Of a DNA stretch of 64,000 nucleotides, positions 25,045-37,400 are shown piece by piece. This stretch comes from Malacoraja senta. Taxonomy: Eukaryota. The notes beneath the pieces were generated by a model, which was not told the DNA's origin, did not search any database, and saw nothing but the letters and a program-made list of their open reading frames with translations. Within the stretch, counting starts at the first letter, position 1; every line of letters starts with the position of its first letter. The DNA is taken from positions 10,356,001 through 10,420,000 of the forward strand of contig CM075988.1 in assembly GCA_038087875.1 (NCBI GenBank), given 5' to 3'. The translations under genes and the position numbers were made by a program.

Positions 25045-26345
25045 CTGAAAGCAAGTCCATGCAATCAAACAAATCAAGCCTTACAAAAGATAGATACAAA
25101 GTGCTGGAGCGATTCAGCGGGTCAGGCAACATCTCTGGAGAAAAGGAATAGGTGACGTTTTGTGTCAAAAGCCTTCTTTAGGGTCAAGCCTTATCAAGCC
25201 TTTTAATGATAGGACTCTAACATGGCAATTTTTCTTCCCTTGTCCTCTCAGCATTATTATCGTATTCTGAAAGCATTATGTTTTTATATGAGAGCAGATA
25301 TTTTTTGGGAAATTAGCACGATTGACAGTTTCTTGAGATATTTTTCCACATAACTTCTGATTGTGTACACGCCATTGTATTTTCTGCCTGCTTCTCCCAT
25401 CTCTGTTTCACCTTGAAATTACTGATGCACATAAAATGTATCCCTCCATCCAGTAATCATTCCTGACTCCATCCAGTAATCTCCTATGTCACCCAAACAT
25501 CACCCATTCCTTCTGTCCAGAGATGCTGCATGTCCCATTGAGTTACTCCAGCAGTTTGTGTCTATCTTCAGTAATTTCTTCGGCAATACTCAAGTCTTCA
25601 GTAATATGTTTCAGCAAACAGCTGCCTTGCCCTGCTCAGTGTTATTTGCAACATATAGCTGCCTCACAATAGCAGAGCACAGATTATCACCTGGATGATT
25701 AATTCAGTCACATTGTTGAACGACTGTGTGGGATTTTAAGCACAACAATTGTTAAATGACCGAGTGGGTTTTCAAACACAGTGTTGAAAAACGTCTGTGC
25801 TGAATGGAGAGCAGTTATTAAACCTATCTAGATTTCCTACTAGATTATTTGTAGTAATATAAATACAAATCTAGCTCCATATATTTCGATGCAACCTCAT
25901 GAAATTATAAAACAGTTTGTGAATGAACCAACACAATACCAATTAAGTGCATTCAGTTAATATCTCTGCAGCATGCAGCTGTAATTTCAAGTTTTAATAG
26001 TCAATAACAGACTGTTTAATGTAGACATGAAAAAAATCTGGAAAAACATCTCAACAGAACCCTAAAATATGTTAACTAGCACCACAGTAAATTTGGAAAT
26101 TTTCCCTGATCAAAATTTGAAATTTAATTTGTGTATTTATGGCTATTTTCCAGGTCAGATATAATGTTGACAGAGTATCTGATGTAATTTTCCACTATTT
26201 TCATCAATGAAAATGTTGACATGCAGATCCTCATGTTTCATGGAATTTTAATGAGTCATTATGTTATATTGGTGTGGCCATTAATTAGCTTTTTTTCCTA
26301 TTGCCTATAAAACTTCAGAAGGCAGCAATCAGAGCTCTCACTTTA

Positions 26346-27370
26346 AGGGCCTGTCCCACTGCGGGCACCTAATTTGCAAGTGTAGAACAGTTTAGGAGAG
26401 TATGAAAAAGTGTCATGTTGAAGACCTCCTTCGACTATGTAGAAGACCTCCTTCGATCTCCTTCGACCTCCTTCGACTATGTTGAAGACTATCTATGACT
26501 GCCTTTGATTACCTTTGACTACCCTCAATTACCTTCGATTTCCTTCGAATATCTATGAATAACATGCCGACCTACTACGACCAACTTTCACTAAACCTAC
26601 GAGTAAAAAAAATATCGATTTTATTGATGGCAACCTTTTTTTTACTCGCGGGCATTTTTCAGCATGCTAAATAAAACACCGCGACCTAAAGGGCATGTCC
26701 CACTTGGGCGACCTAATCCACAAGTTCTGGCGAATTTGCCCTCGACTCATACTCACAGCATGGTCGACACGAGGTCATAGGTGGTCTTTGTAACTCTCTT
26801 TCATGCTCGAGAGTGGTCTCCGTGTACTCGAGGCTTCAGCTAGGTCATGGCAGTTTTCTCAGATTTTCTCAATATGTTAAAAAATGCCCGCGAGTAAAAA
26901 TAAGTCGCCATGGAAAAAATCAATGCTTTTTTTACTCGTAGGTTTAGTCGTAGTAGGTTGTAGTAGGTCGGCATGTTAGTTGTAGGTAATCGAGGGTATT
27001 CGAAGGTAGTCGTAGATAGTCTTCATCATAGTCGAAGGGAGGTCGAAGGGAGGTTGAAGGAGATCGAAGGAGGTCGTCTTCACTCTCCACTATTCGGTGT
27101 CCAATTTTCCCGAAGTTAGTCGTAGCTAGTCGTAGCTATTCAAAGCTGGTCGAAGGAGGTCTTCTACATAGTCGAAGGAGGTCTTCAACATGTCATTTTT
27201 TCAAACTCTTCTAAACTCGCCAATTAGGTCGTCCAAGTGGGACAGCCACTTAACTGAGGCCTCGAATACGCTGAGACCCTCGAGCATGAAGGAGAGGTAC
27301 AAAGACCTCCTAGGACCTCGTGTCGACCATGCTGCGAGTATGAGTCGAGGGCAACGGTGGGACAGGTCCT
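26346..27370. mobile_element. PIF/Harbinger-type MITE (outer), TTA TSD
   Basis: TTA-AGGGCCTGTCCCAC...GTGGGACAGGTCCT-TTA. Confidence 0.85.
26690..27250. mobile_element. PIF/Harbinger-type MITE (inner, same family, opposite orientation), TAA TSD
   Basis: TAA-AGGGCATGTCCCACTTGGGCGACCTAAT...ATTAGGTCGTCCAAGTGGGACAGCCACT-TAA. Confidence 0.85.
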
Positions 27371-29245
27371 TTAGGTCAGTTTTAAACAGTGTGTTTGTTC
27401 GTTCAACTGTGTGAAGTGTCTGGTTCTGTACCGAAACAGCCAATCAGGCTGAACAGAGTGTCAGGGAAAACCAAACTGAGGTGAGAGGACGGTGTTGCCT
27501 GGAATGTGCTGCCAAGGGTGGTGATGGTGGATTCAGATACAATAGTGGTGTTTAAGTGGCTTTTGGATGGACATTTGGATGTGCAGGGAAGGATATGGAT
27601 CATGTGGGGGCAGATGTAATTATCTTGGGATTTAATATGGTTCTGACATTGTGGGCTGAGGGGCCTGTTCCTGTGCTGTACTGTTCTATGTTTTATTTCA
27701 TTGTAGAAAAGAGAATATAATATTGTAAATATATAATACAATATGTATTCATCAACTTGACACCCCTTGTTTCAAAATAAAAATCAATAACACGTATAAA
27801 ACTCAATTAATTCACCATTGTAACCAATTATAATTGAGTCTTCCTTTAACTAACTCTGAATATTCGAATGCTAAATGCAACTAGCATAAAACTGGAAAGC
27901 AGATCTATTGAAAGCAATTTTAGCATTGAAAAGGCCATGGGAATTGCATTTGTGGTCAGCTGAGATAACTGAAATCAATGAAGCATTAAGGTCTTGGGAG
28001 AACTTGGAGAAAGCTGTCTCATCATGCCATTCAAACATGTAGAAATTGAAAATGGTTTGGCATAACAATTCATAAATTACCCCTTGAAAACCTTGAGCAC
28101 TTTCAGCAATATTTATAGAGATGAGATATGCCTTATCAAAATATTTTATCAAACCTCAGTGGTCACAATTCATTGAAGTAAGTCTTTGTAAATAAGTTAT
28201 CATCCCCATCCTGTCAAGGCACGTATTTGCACAATAGCATCATTAAGGATGCTTCAGTTATTTTCAATTCACTGTTGCTTCTACTTGCAATCGAAAACTG
28301 AATTATTTTTAAATAACATATTGGAGCAATTGAACGTCTTGTATGCTTGTATTTTTCCGAAATAATGCCCTTCTCTTTTTAAAGGCCAGTAATTTGCTAG
28401 TTTGGCAAAATGTATATTTTTGGCAAGGAAATCATGGTCAAAATGTAATGTTGTAAATCAATAGAGGATGTGTTATATTTAGCCCACAGAACAGTAAAAG
28501 TAGGCAAAGACCATTTGGGCGCTATTGTAATGGGTAATAATTTGGTGTGAATCTGAAGTGCAAGTGATAGATTTTAGCTTGCATTACAGAATCAAATGGA
28601 AAGATGTAAGTGTTTATTCAGGTTTGGGTACTCCTGTTATTAAAGTATTTCCCAACCTAATACCTTATTAAGTCTAAGTAAACCTGCCAGAGGTGCACAT
28701 AGGTATTGCACCAGGTTAAAGAGGTTAAAACACATTTCTGATTGGATAAATCTCTAAATAACATGTTAAAATTTGTAAATTGTCTCTATTTTGTAAGATA
28801 GTGTTAGTGGAAGCTGTGATTGCTGGTTGGCGTGGGCTTGAAGGGCCTGTTTCCTTATATATCTCTGAAGACTAAAATAAAGTCTATCAGCATTGGCCCA
28901 AGAAGCACCAGGCAAAATGTTGTTCTTGTCCTTTACATTTAACCAGGAAAGGGGATGAGAGACTGCAGCAATATCTGTGGATAAAATAGCTAATGCTGTT
29001 TGCATTAACTGGGCTGAACAGGCAGCTGTTTTGTGAGAGCTTGAGAGTGCTACATAACTCTAGGAACTGATCTAAAGTGTAGCATGCTTGTGTGCTCGGA
29101 GAGAAATTAGCCTCCATGAAGATTCACAACAGAAGACATGGAGACACAAACACATGCGCACAGAAAGAGATGGAAAGGCAGATGGACAAGAGCCAGAGAG
29201 GGATGTACACGACCTCCTGTGGTTTTGGTTGTTGAGTGCATAACA

Positions 29246-29551
29246 GTTAGTTTAGAGATACAGCGCAGAAACCGGCCCTTTGACCCACCGCATTCGCGCC
29301 AACCAGCGATCCCTGTACACTAGCACTATCTTACATTCCAGGGACAATTTATAATTTTACCGAAGTCAATTCACCTATAAACCTGTATGTCTTTGGAGCG
29401 TGGGAGGAAACCCGGAGCAACCGGAGAAAACCCATGCAGGTGTCAGGGAGAATGTACGAACTCCACACAGACAGCACCCGTCCGTAGTCGGGATCAAACC
29501 CAGGTCACTGGCACTGTAAGGCAGCAACTCTACCACTGTATCACCGTGCCT
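29246..29551 (-). mobile_element. V-SINE
   Basis: Same family, minus strand. Confidence 0.8.
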
Positions 29552-31549
29552 CTAAATGTTATTCTAAGAAACTTTCAGATGTAGTAACATAGGAATTGCT
29601 TATTTACATTATAAAATGTTGAGTCCTTTTGGAATGAATTTTGTTCAACATCAGAAGAATAGGTTCTAAGTTGTCATTCATTATTTATTGCCAGGGAATA
29701 GCTAACCCCGTAATCATTGTGAACTTGTATGAGGTGCTGAGAAATTGGAGGTCAATAGAACGTGGAAACATAGCTGGAGAAAATCTAGGCTATTCGTGTC
29801 AAAGTCCTATTGAAAATGCTGAAGGATGAATTGGTTGTGGAAATATCAACAACTTGCATCTTTAGCATAGTGATGTGTTTCATTATGCTGTATCAAAGTG
29901 ACAGGATCCACGTTTTGGAGCATTGCCCAATCTGAACAAAGGCAGAAATACTGCGACTTAAATATTTAAGATCTTCCTCAAAATGGAGAACAAAATATGC
30001 CTGTTTATCAAATGCATATGCTCCCTCTGCTCACTCTAATTGACTCATGAGGTTATGTTTCAGCTTACTCATCAGCAGAGGCATTTTACCCATTCTCACT
30101 CTGAACTTCTCCCTCTGAACTTCCAGTCCATCCAGTGAAAGATGAACATCATTACCCTCCACAGAGAGAGCACGAGCAGAATTGAACAGTTCTGTACGTT
30201 GATAGGACTTTTTAAGGAGAGCGTAACAACATTATTTATTATGTTGTGCTCTTGCAGTGTCACTTACTTTTCCACAAATGGAGCACCAGTTTCTTCAAGT
30301 TATCTTACAAACTGCAGATATTTATTTTTGATGCAATCACCCTAATCGTCCTACCAGTGGAACAGTTCCACTGTTCTCATCCTTGTATCACCCCCATTAG
30401 CACATCTTCCCTGGCCAACAATGACCCTTTTCTCGCCTCCAGTTCCCCCCCCCCCCTCCTCACCGCACACACGCACCTCTATCTTTCAGTCTGAGGAAGG
30501 GTTCCAACCCAAAACGTCACCTCTTCCATTTCTCCAGCGATGTTGCCTGAGATACTCCAGCATTCTGTTTCTATCTTTGGTATTAACCAGCAGCTGTAGT
30601 TCCTTCCTACACTACTTTTACATGTACATTTTAAATGTGCCTTAAATCTAGTGGCACAGTGCCAATGTTCCTAAAGATCTTTAAACCAACAGCAAAATAT
30701 ACTTGCATATAATTAATGGAACGTGGCAGAGATGAGAGTAGATTTTACCCCAGAAGTGTAAACTTTTACGATTTGAAAGCATAGGTCACACATGTATCCA
30801 CTAAATACTCTGAGATAATTGCTGCATTGAGCCTCTAATGACCATTGTGCCGACAAACACCACTCTTGTGTAATGCCGCCACTGCTTTAATTGAATGTCT
30901 GTATTGATTTAGCGCGGTTGCTCAATTGCTCGAAAGGGTGGGATGAACAGTCGCTGTCGCTCAAGTCCAGGCTTGGAGAACATGGCCCATTAAGGTAACA
31001 AATTACTCGTGAGCCATTCATCACGTCGCAGCTGGAGCTCGGGAAGTGTGTTTCTTCAGCGCAAGCAGTGGTGAAAGAGGAACCAGCGGTTCAGGATGAA
31101 CACACTGGATGAAGGAGCACCCGTGGAGAAGCTGACGAGTTGCTCTTCGGATACCAGCACGAGAATTGAATGGAATTGCAGAACTAGAAAGGGAAATGAC
31201 AAAAGAACGAATCATATAAATTCTCCTGTAAAACATGCACACGTACACATACACAGATGCGTGCATAAATGCATGGTGCATGCATACAAACATGCAAACA
31301 TACAAATATACAATTATAAGCATAAATGCATTGAAAATCATATGCTATTGAGATGCAGAAAGATATGCACATAATCACACCCAAATGCAGGCTTGCATCT
31401 ATATACATATACCTTCCCTGTCACTATACCCTTGGTTTTAGGATTGATGATCCCTAGTTCTGTGGGTCTTAAGGATCGAGAGGGGGAACAAGTAATTTGA
31501 GATGTGGGATACTTCATCTTAGAGTTTTTACGTAAATATTTGTATGCTT

Positions 31550-31831
31550 GGGCAGCACAGTGGCACAGAGGTAGAGATGCTGCTTTACGGCACCAGAGAC
31601 CCGGGTTTGATCCTGACCTCTGACGCTGTCTGTACAGAGTTTGTACCTTCTCCCGGTGACCGCGCGGGTTGTCTCCAGATGCTCGGGTTTCCTCCTGCTT
31701 CCCAAAAACGTGCGGGTTTGTAAGTTAATTGGCTTCTGTAAGTTGTCCCTAATGTGTAGGATAGAACTAGCGGAAGGGTGATTGTTGGTCAGCATGGGCT
31801 GAAGGGTCTGTTTCCTCGTTGTATCTCTAAA
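31550..31831 (+). mobile_element. V-SINE
   Basis: Same family, plus strand. Confidence 0.8.
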
Positions 31832-32779
31832 TTTGTATATGCTTCTGAGACTCGGACGCATATACAATAGTAGAATAATCCAATGGAATATTTAGATGGA
31901 AAGTAGGAAATGATAAATGACTTGGGTGATGATTACATGGGGCAATCAGTGGTTCTTGCTTCCATCAGCCTGAAGGGGATGAGGGAACTGTAAAATATAA
32001 GAAATATCATTAGGGAATAACAGAAAATCTCTCCGTAAATTATTCCTATGTTAGCACTTGGTCCAAATATAATGGAGTTTAAGTGCCTGTGCAAATGGAT
32101 GAATTTCCACCACTATTGTAGCACAAATCTTTGGAGCATTGCCTCTCTGGAAGCAATAAAATAATCTGTTGCAAGAGCAGCGATCTTGCAGGTAATGTTT
32201 AAAGCTGTTGTAATTTGATGTGGCCCATGTTAAAATTTTAGGAATTTTCAATTCCAAAATGAGAACATTTCCAATTACAGGATTAGCAATTGTTAATAAA
32301 ATAAATAATTGTGGGTGAAACTAGAATTCAATGAAGTACCATTTGATAAACTTGTACATACATAATACCGTAGCAAGCAAATTACTACTTTTAGAATCAT
32401 TGAGGAATACCTGGCTCAATCTCAATCAATATCTTGGGTCTGAAGAAGGGTCTTGAAACGTCACCAATTCCCTTTTCTCCAGAGATGCTATCTGACCCGT
32501 TGAGTTACTCCAGCTTTTTGTGTCTATCTTCAGTTCAAACTAGCATCTGCAGTTCCTCCCGACACATCTCGATCATTAACATGCTTCACTTTTTACCGAT
32601 ACTATGTTTCCTCTCCAACATGCCAAAGGCACAATAAACCAAGAGGAAAAGTGGTTCTAAGGTAGTGACGCGGTGGGATTACATGAAAGTAGGGGACTTG
32701 TAATGTTGCAAAAAAGGCAGCAAGATCCGTGAAGGGAGAAATTTCAGTATTTGGCAATGAGAGGCCAAGAAAAAGAATT

Positions 32780-34510
32780 GTTTGTTACCTAAACTTGGAG
32801 AACTTGCTTCATACCATTAGGTTGTTAGCTACCCAAACAGAATATGAGGTGCAATTCCTCCAGTTTGCATATGCCCTCACACTGGCAATGGAGGAAGCCC
32901 AGGACAGAAAGGGAGTGGGAGTTAAAATGGCTAGCAACCAGGAGATCCAGCAGATCACTAAGGAAGACATAAATAATCTGCCGGAAATAGCAGGGGGCCG
33001 CGGGTCAAAGGAGATGGAGGAACTGAGTGAAATCCAGGTTAGTCGGGAAGTGGTGTTGGGTAAATTGAATGGATTAAAGGCCGATAAATCACCAGGGCCA
33101 GATAGGCTGCATCCCAGAGTACTTAAGGAAGTAGCTCCAGAAATAGTGGATGCATTAGTGATAATTTTTCAAAATTCTTTAGATTCTGGAGTAGTTCCTG
33201 AGGATTGGAGGGTAGCAAACGTAACCCCACTTTTTAAGAAGGGAGGGAGAGAGAAAACGGGGAATTACAGACCAGTTAGTCTAACATCGGTAGTGGGGAA
33301 ACTGCTAGAGTCATTTATTAAAGATGGGATAGCAGCACATTTGGAAAGTGGTGAAATCATTGGACAAAGTCAGCATGGATTTATGAAAGGTAAATCGTGT
33401 CTGACGAATCTTATAGAATTTTTCGAGGATGTAACTAGTAGAGTGGATAGGGGAGAACCAGTGGATGTGTTGTATCTGGACTTTCAGAAGGCTTTCGACA
33501 AGGTACCACATAAGAGATTAGGATACAAGCTTAAATCACACGGTATTGGGGGTTCAGTATTGATGTGGATAGAGAACTGGCTGGCAAACAGGAAGATGCA
33601 GTATAATGTGGATAAATGTGAGGTTATCCACTTTGGTGGCAAAAACGGGAAGGCAGACTATTATCTAAATGGTGGCCGATTAGGAAATGGGGAGGTGCAG
33701 CGAGACCTGGGTGTCATGGTACACCAGTCATTGAAAGTAGGCATGCAGGTGCAGCAGGCAGTGAAGAAAGCGAATGGTATGTTGGCCTTCATAGCAAGAG
33801 GATTTGAGTATAGGAGCAGGGAGGTTCTACTGCAGTTGTACAGGGTCTTGGTGAGACCACACCTGGAGTATTGCGTACAGTTTTGGTCTCCAAATCTGAG
33901 GAAGGACATTATAGCCATAGAGGGAGTGCAGAGAAGGTTCACCAGACTGATTCCTGGGATGTCAGGACTTTCATATGAAGAAAGACTGGATAGACTTGGC
34001 TTATACTCGCTAGAATTTAGGAGATTGAGAGGGGATCTTATAGAAACGTACAAAATTCTTATGGGGTTGGACAGGCTAGATGCAGGAAGATTGTTCCCGA
34101 TGTTGGGGAAGTCCAGGACAAGGGGTCACAGCTTAAGGATAAGGGGGAAATCCTTTAAGACCGAGATGAGGAAAAACATTTTCACACAGAGAGTGGTGAA
34201 TCTCTGGAACTCTCTGCCACAGAGGGTAGTTGACGCCAGTTCATTGGCTATATTTAAGAGGGAGTTAGATGTGGCCCTTGTGGCAAAAGGGATCAGGGGG
34301 TATGGAGAGAAGGCAGGTACGGGATACCGAGTTGGATGATCAGCCATGATCATATTGAATGGCGGTGCAGGCTCGAAGGGCCGAATGGCCTACTCCTGCA
34401 CCTATTTTCTATGTATCTATGTATCTATGTATTGGACGGACTGAGCGCAAGTGTTCGGAGAAAGCTTCTAGTCTAGGCTAGTCTACACTTGGTTTTGCCA
34501 ATGTAAAGGA
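32780..34510 (-). mobile_element. Penelope GIY-YIG fragment (32780-32953 and 34431-34510) split by the CR1
   Basis: Both flanks read on the minus strand as LYIG.TK.RL...EHLRSV / LVASHFNS...LGFLHCQ...KLEE.HLIF. Confidence 0.7.
32955..34430 (+). mobile_element. CR1 LINE, 5'-truncated, with internal in-frame deletion in RT
   Basis: KSPGPD, NYRPVSLTS, SQHGF, YLDFQKAFDKV, RPHLEYC motifs; stop at 34339; (TATCTATG)n tail at about 34401-34430. Confidence 0.95.
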
Positions 34511-34919
34511 TGTAATTGAACTAAACTGCTTCATTTTCTCAAAGAACAGCCTTTGTGCATGTTTCTAAATGGTTTCTATTATATTGAACATGTTGAACTT
34601 GTTTGGAAGATGAAAATATTCTTTACTTCGTATCTCTGGGATTAACTAATCGTATAAACGTCTCGGTCTGGAGTTTCTTTTACCAAAGCATTGAGGGAGT
34701 AGAGCAATATGTTCCCATTCGTACATAAAAAGCAATGTACAACTGTAACGTGAATCAAACCAGAAATGGATCAGACAACAAACTGTTTCAGAGAAAGAAC
34801 TGTTAATGTTTCAGGCTGATAACCTTTCATCAGAATTAGTTAAGTTTATCATTATATACACATTATATACAGTGAGGCACAAGCATAATGAAAATTTGGA
34901 CTGACTGCAGATTTCTGCA

Positions 34920-35238
34920 GGGCGGCATGGTGGTGCAGAGGTAGAGTTGCCGCCTTATAGTGCTTGCAGCGCCGGAGACCCAGGTTTGATCCCGACTACG
35001 GACAATATTTGTACGGAGTTTTACGTTCTCCCTGTGACCGCGTGGGTTTTCTCTGAGACCTTCGGTTTCCTCCCACACTCCAAAGACTTGCAGGTATGTA
35101 GGTTAATTGGCTTGGTTTATATGTAAAGCGGCCCCAGTGTGTGCAGGGTAGTGATAGCATGCGGGGATTGCTGGTCGGCGCTGACTCGGTGGGCTGAAGG
35201 GCCTGTTTCCGCGCTGTATCCCTAAACTAAATTAACTA
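34920..35238 (+). mobile_element. V-SINE, full length
   Basis: GGGCGGCATGGTGGTGCAG head, V-domain, AAACT tail. Confidence 0.85.
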
Positions 35239-36395
35239 TTTGGATAAAGGTTTTGACCTGAAATGTTGTCAGTCCATTTCTTCACACAGATGCTGCCTGA
35301 CCTTTTGATGTTCTCCAGCTGTTTATTTTTTTGCTCAGGATTACAGCATCTGCTGTCACTTGTGTCTCTCAATGAAAATCTTGCTTGCAGCAGTATCACA
35401 GAGAAAGTTTAAAAACAAGCAGCTTCAAGCTGCAAAGAAGTGCAGGATGAAGTGAATGCCTGTGAGAAGGTGGATAGCAGGTAAGACGGAATAATAAATT
35501 GTGGTGTCGGCTGACAATGGAGGTATGGGGTAAGGTTTGCATAGACGAATACATCATATGACCAGGCCCTTCAGCCCGCAATTTCTGTGCTGAACCCGAT
35601 GCCCTGGGATTCGGGTATCTTCCTGTACATAACCCATATCCCTCCATTCCCTGCATATCCATATGCCTATCCAAAAATCTCTTAAATACCACTAATGTAA
35701 CTGTTTAACCACCACCCCCAGCAGTACGTTACAAGCACCCACCACCCTCTGTGTTAATATAATAATAATAAAATAAGTTGCCCCGCCCACCCCCCTCCCT
35801 CCCTCTTGGATTAAAGCTATGCCCACTAATATTTGATTTATGTCCCCCACACTTGGAAAAGGTTCTGACTGTCTATCCTATCTATAATTCATGATTTTAC
35901 TTCGGAGTCACGTGAGTGATTCCGTGAAGAAGCCCCGCCACTCCGCACGCACGTCATTACGTCATCCGCATGGCGAAGCACCGGACTGGCAGGCGCTCGC
36001 TCCTGCCAGCGGTAAGTTTAAACTACAGGTAAGTTTTGTATTTCTTACCTGGTTTTGATTTCTTGCAGGAACCTCTTTTTTACGGAGGTTTCCTGTCCGA
36101 TACTTTGCGGAAGGACGACGAGGGAACCAGCTATGGGCTGTGGGGAGACCCCGGTTATGACCGCGGAAGCGGGTAGCTGGCGAATGTCGGGTTCGCGATC
36201 GCAGTCACTGATAAGACGGTCAGTGACTTCCAGACGCTGTGGTTCCCAGGGAGGAGAAATCCAGCGAAGACCGCAGTGGTCCCCAGGATATGGGGTAAAA
36301 CCAACCAGAACGGTCAGCCCTGGTGCTGGGAGGTTCCCCTCCGGTAATGTATAAAATATGCAGGTTGGCCAGGAAGCAGGAGTTGTGTCTGCTTG

Positions 36396-36665
36396 GACAG
36401 GGCTGCTTAATGTTGATGCCGAGTCTATGGCAGTGCCGGCCTATGGGAGAGCCCGTGCCAGCAGCACCTTGTAACAGGGCTGCTTAATGTCTCCCTCTTA
36501 GAGGTGGAGAGCATAGCGGATCAGTATAAGTCTGACGCCGAGGCTATGCCAGTGCCGCCCTATGGGAGAGGCCGCGCCAACAACGCCTTGTAACAGGGCT
36601 GCTTAATGTCTCCCTCTTGGAGGTGGAGAGCATGCCGGGTCAGTATAAATCTGACACCGAGTCTG
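36396..36665. repeat. Tandem duplication of about 119 bp inside DIRS copy 2 gag region
   Basis: GTAACAGGGCTGCTTAATGTCTCCCTCT recurs at 36471 and 36590, with a partial unit at 36397. Confidence 0.85.
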
Positions 36666-37129
36666 AGGATATAGCCGTGGAGCATACCCCAAGGGATAAA
36701 GGGCACGTGTCAGAGGTACCATTCCTGGCAGCAAGGTTTGCCATCCCAACACAATGCAGTGAACACCGGGGATATTAGAGCCAGCCACCGAATCTTCTAT
36801 TCAGGTAAGATCTATTCAACAGGCAAAACCTGGAGGACGAAGCACAAGCTGTTGGACCAATCTAGGCCAATGACGAGCAAAGCTTCATCGTTTCGGCGAC
36901 AACGTACCCCATGTATTCATCGGCAGTAAGCGGTTCACTGAAGCTGATGGCAGCATGAAAGCTGGCCAGAGGTTCCACGCACTCTACCAGTTCTACGCTA
37001 CAACTAAGGGACCACTTATAAGTTGGTAATATTTACACTTGATTGTACAGTACACAAATGGTTAAGACATTGTCATCTATTTAGAGGCATCTAACCATGT
37101 AAAACTGGACAATGCTGGCATTCCAAGCA

Positions 37130-37400
37130 GGTTGGAACTGGACCAGAATTGCGTTTTGAGGCAAGCGCAGTATTTTGGCCAGAATTGCCTTCGAAACATG
37201 CTCGGAAATATGAGCAGTTGTCTTTCGAGGCAGGCTCAGAATTATGGCCAGAATTGTCTTTCGAGACTGGCTCAGAATTATGGCCAGAGTTGTTTTTTAA
37301 GACAGGTCAGAATTATCAGATAGGCTCAGTATTATGGCCAGGATTGTCTTGCAAAAATGGGCTCGGGAATTGGGCCAGAGTTGTCGTTCAAGGCAGGCAT
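37130..37400. repeat. 36-bp minisatellite inside the DIRS copy 2 RT region
   Basis: GGCTCAGAATTATGGCCAGAATTGTCTTTCGAGACT-like units at 37233 and 37269 with degenerate neighbours. Confidence 0.85.

Noticed and set aside
26415..27190. Short repeats and palindromes suggesting an array or iteron system
   Set aside because: Explained as subrepeats of two nested Harbinger-type MITEs.
27871..28152. 93-aa minus ORF in AT-rich unique DNA
   Set aside because: No clear splice boundaries or motifs; cannot be separated from chance.
32729..34339. 536-aa ORF as a host or domesticated gene
   Set aside because: It is CR1 ORF2 with its tail intact; the N-terminus is fortuitous read-in from antisense Penelope and the start is GTG.
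37130..37400. 36-bp periodic repeat resembling a CRISPR array
   Set aside because: Units are contiguous with no unique spacers, there are no cas genes, and it lies inside a eukaryotic retrotransposon.
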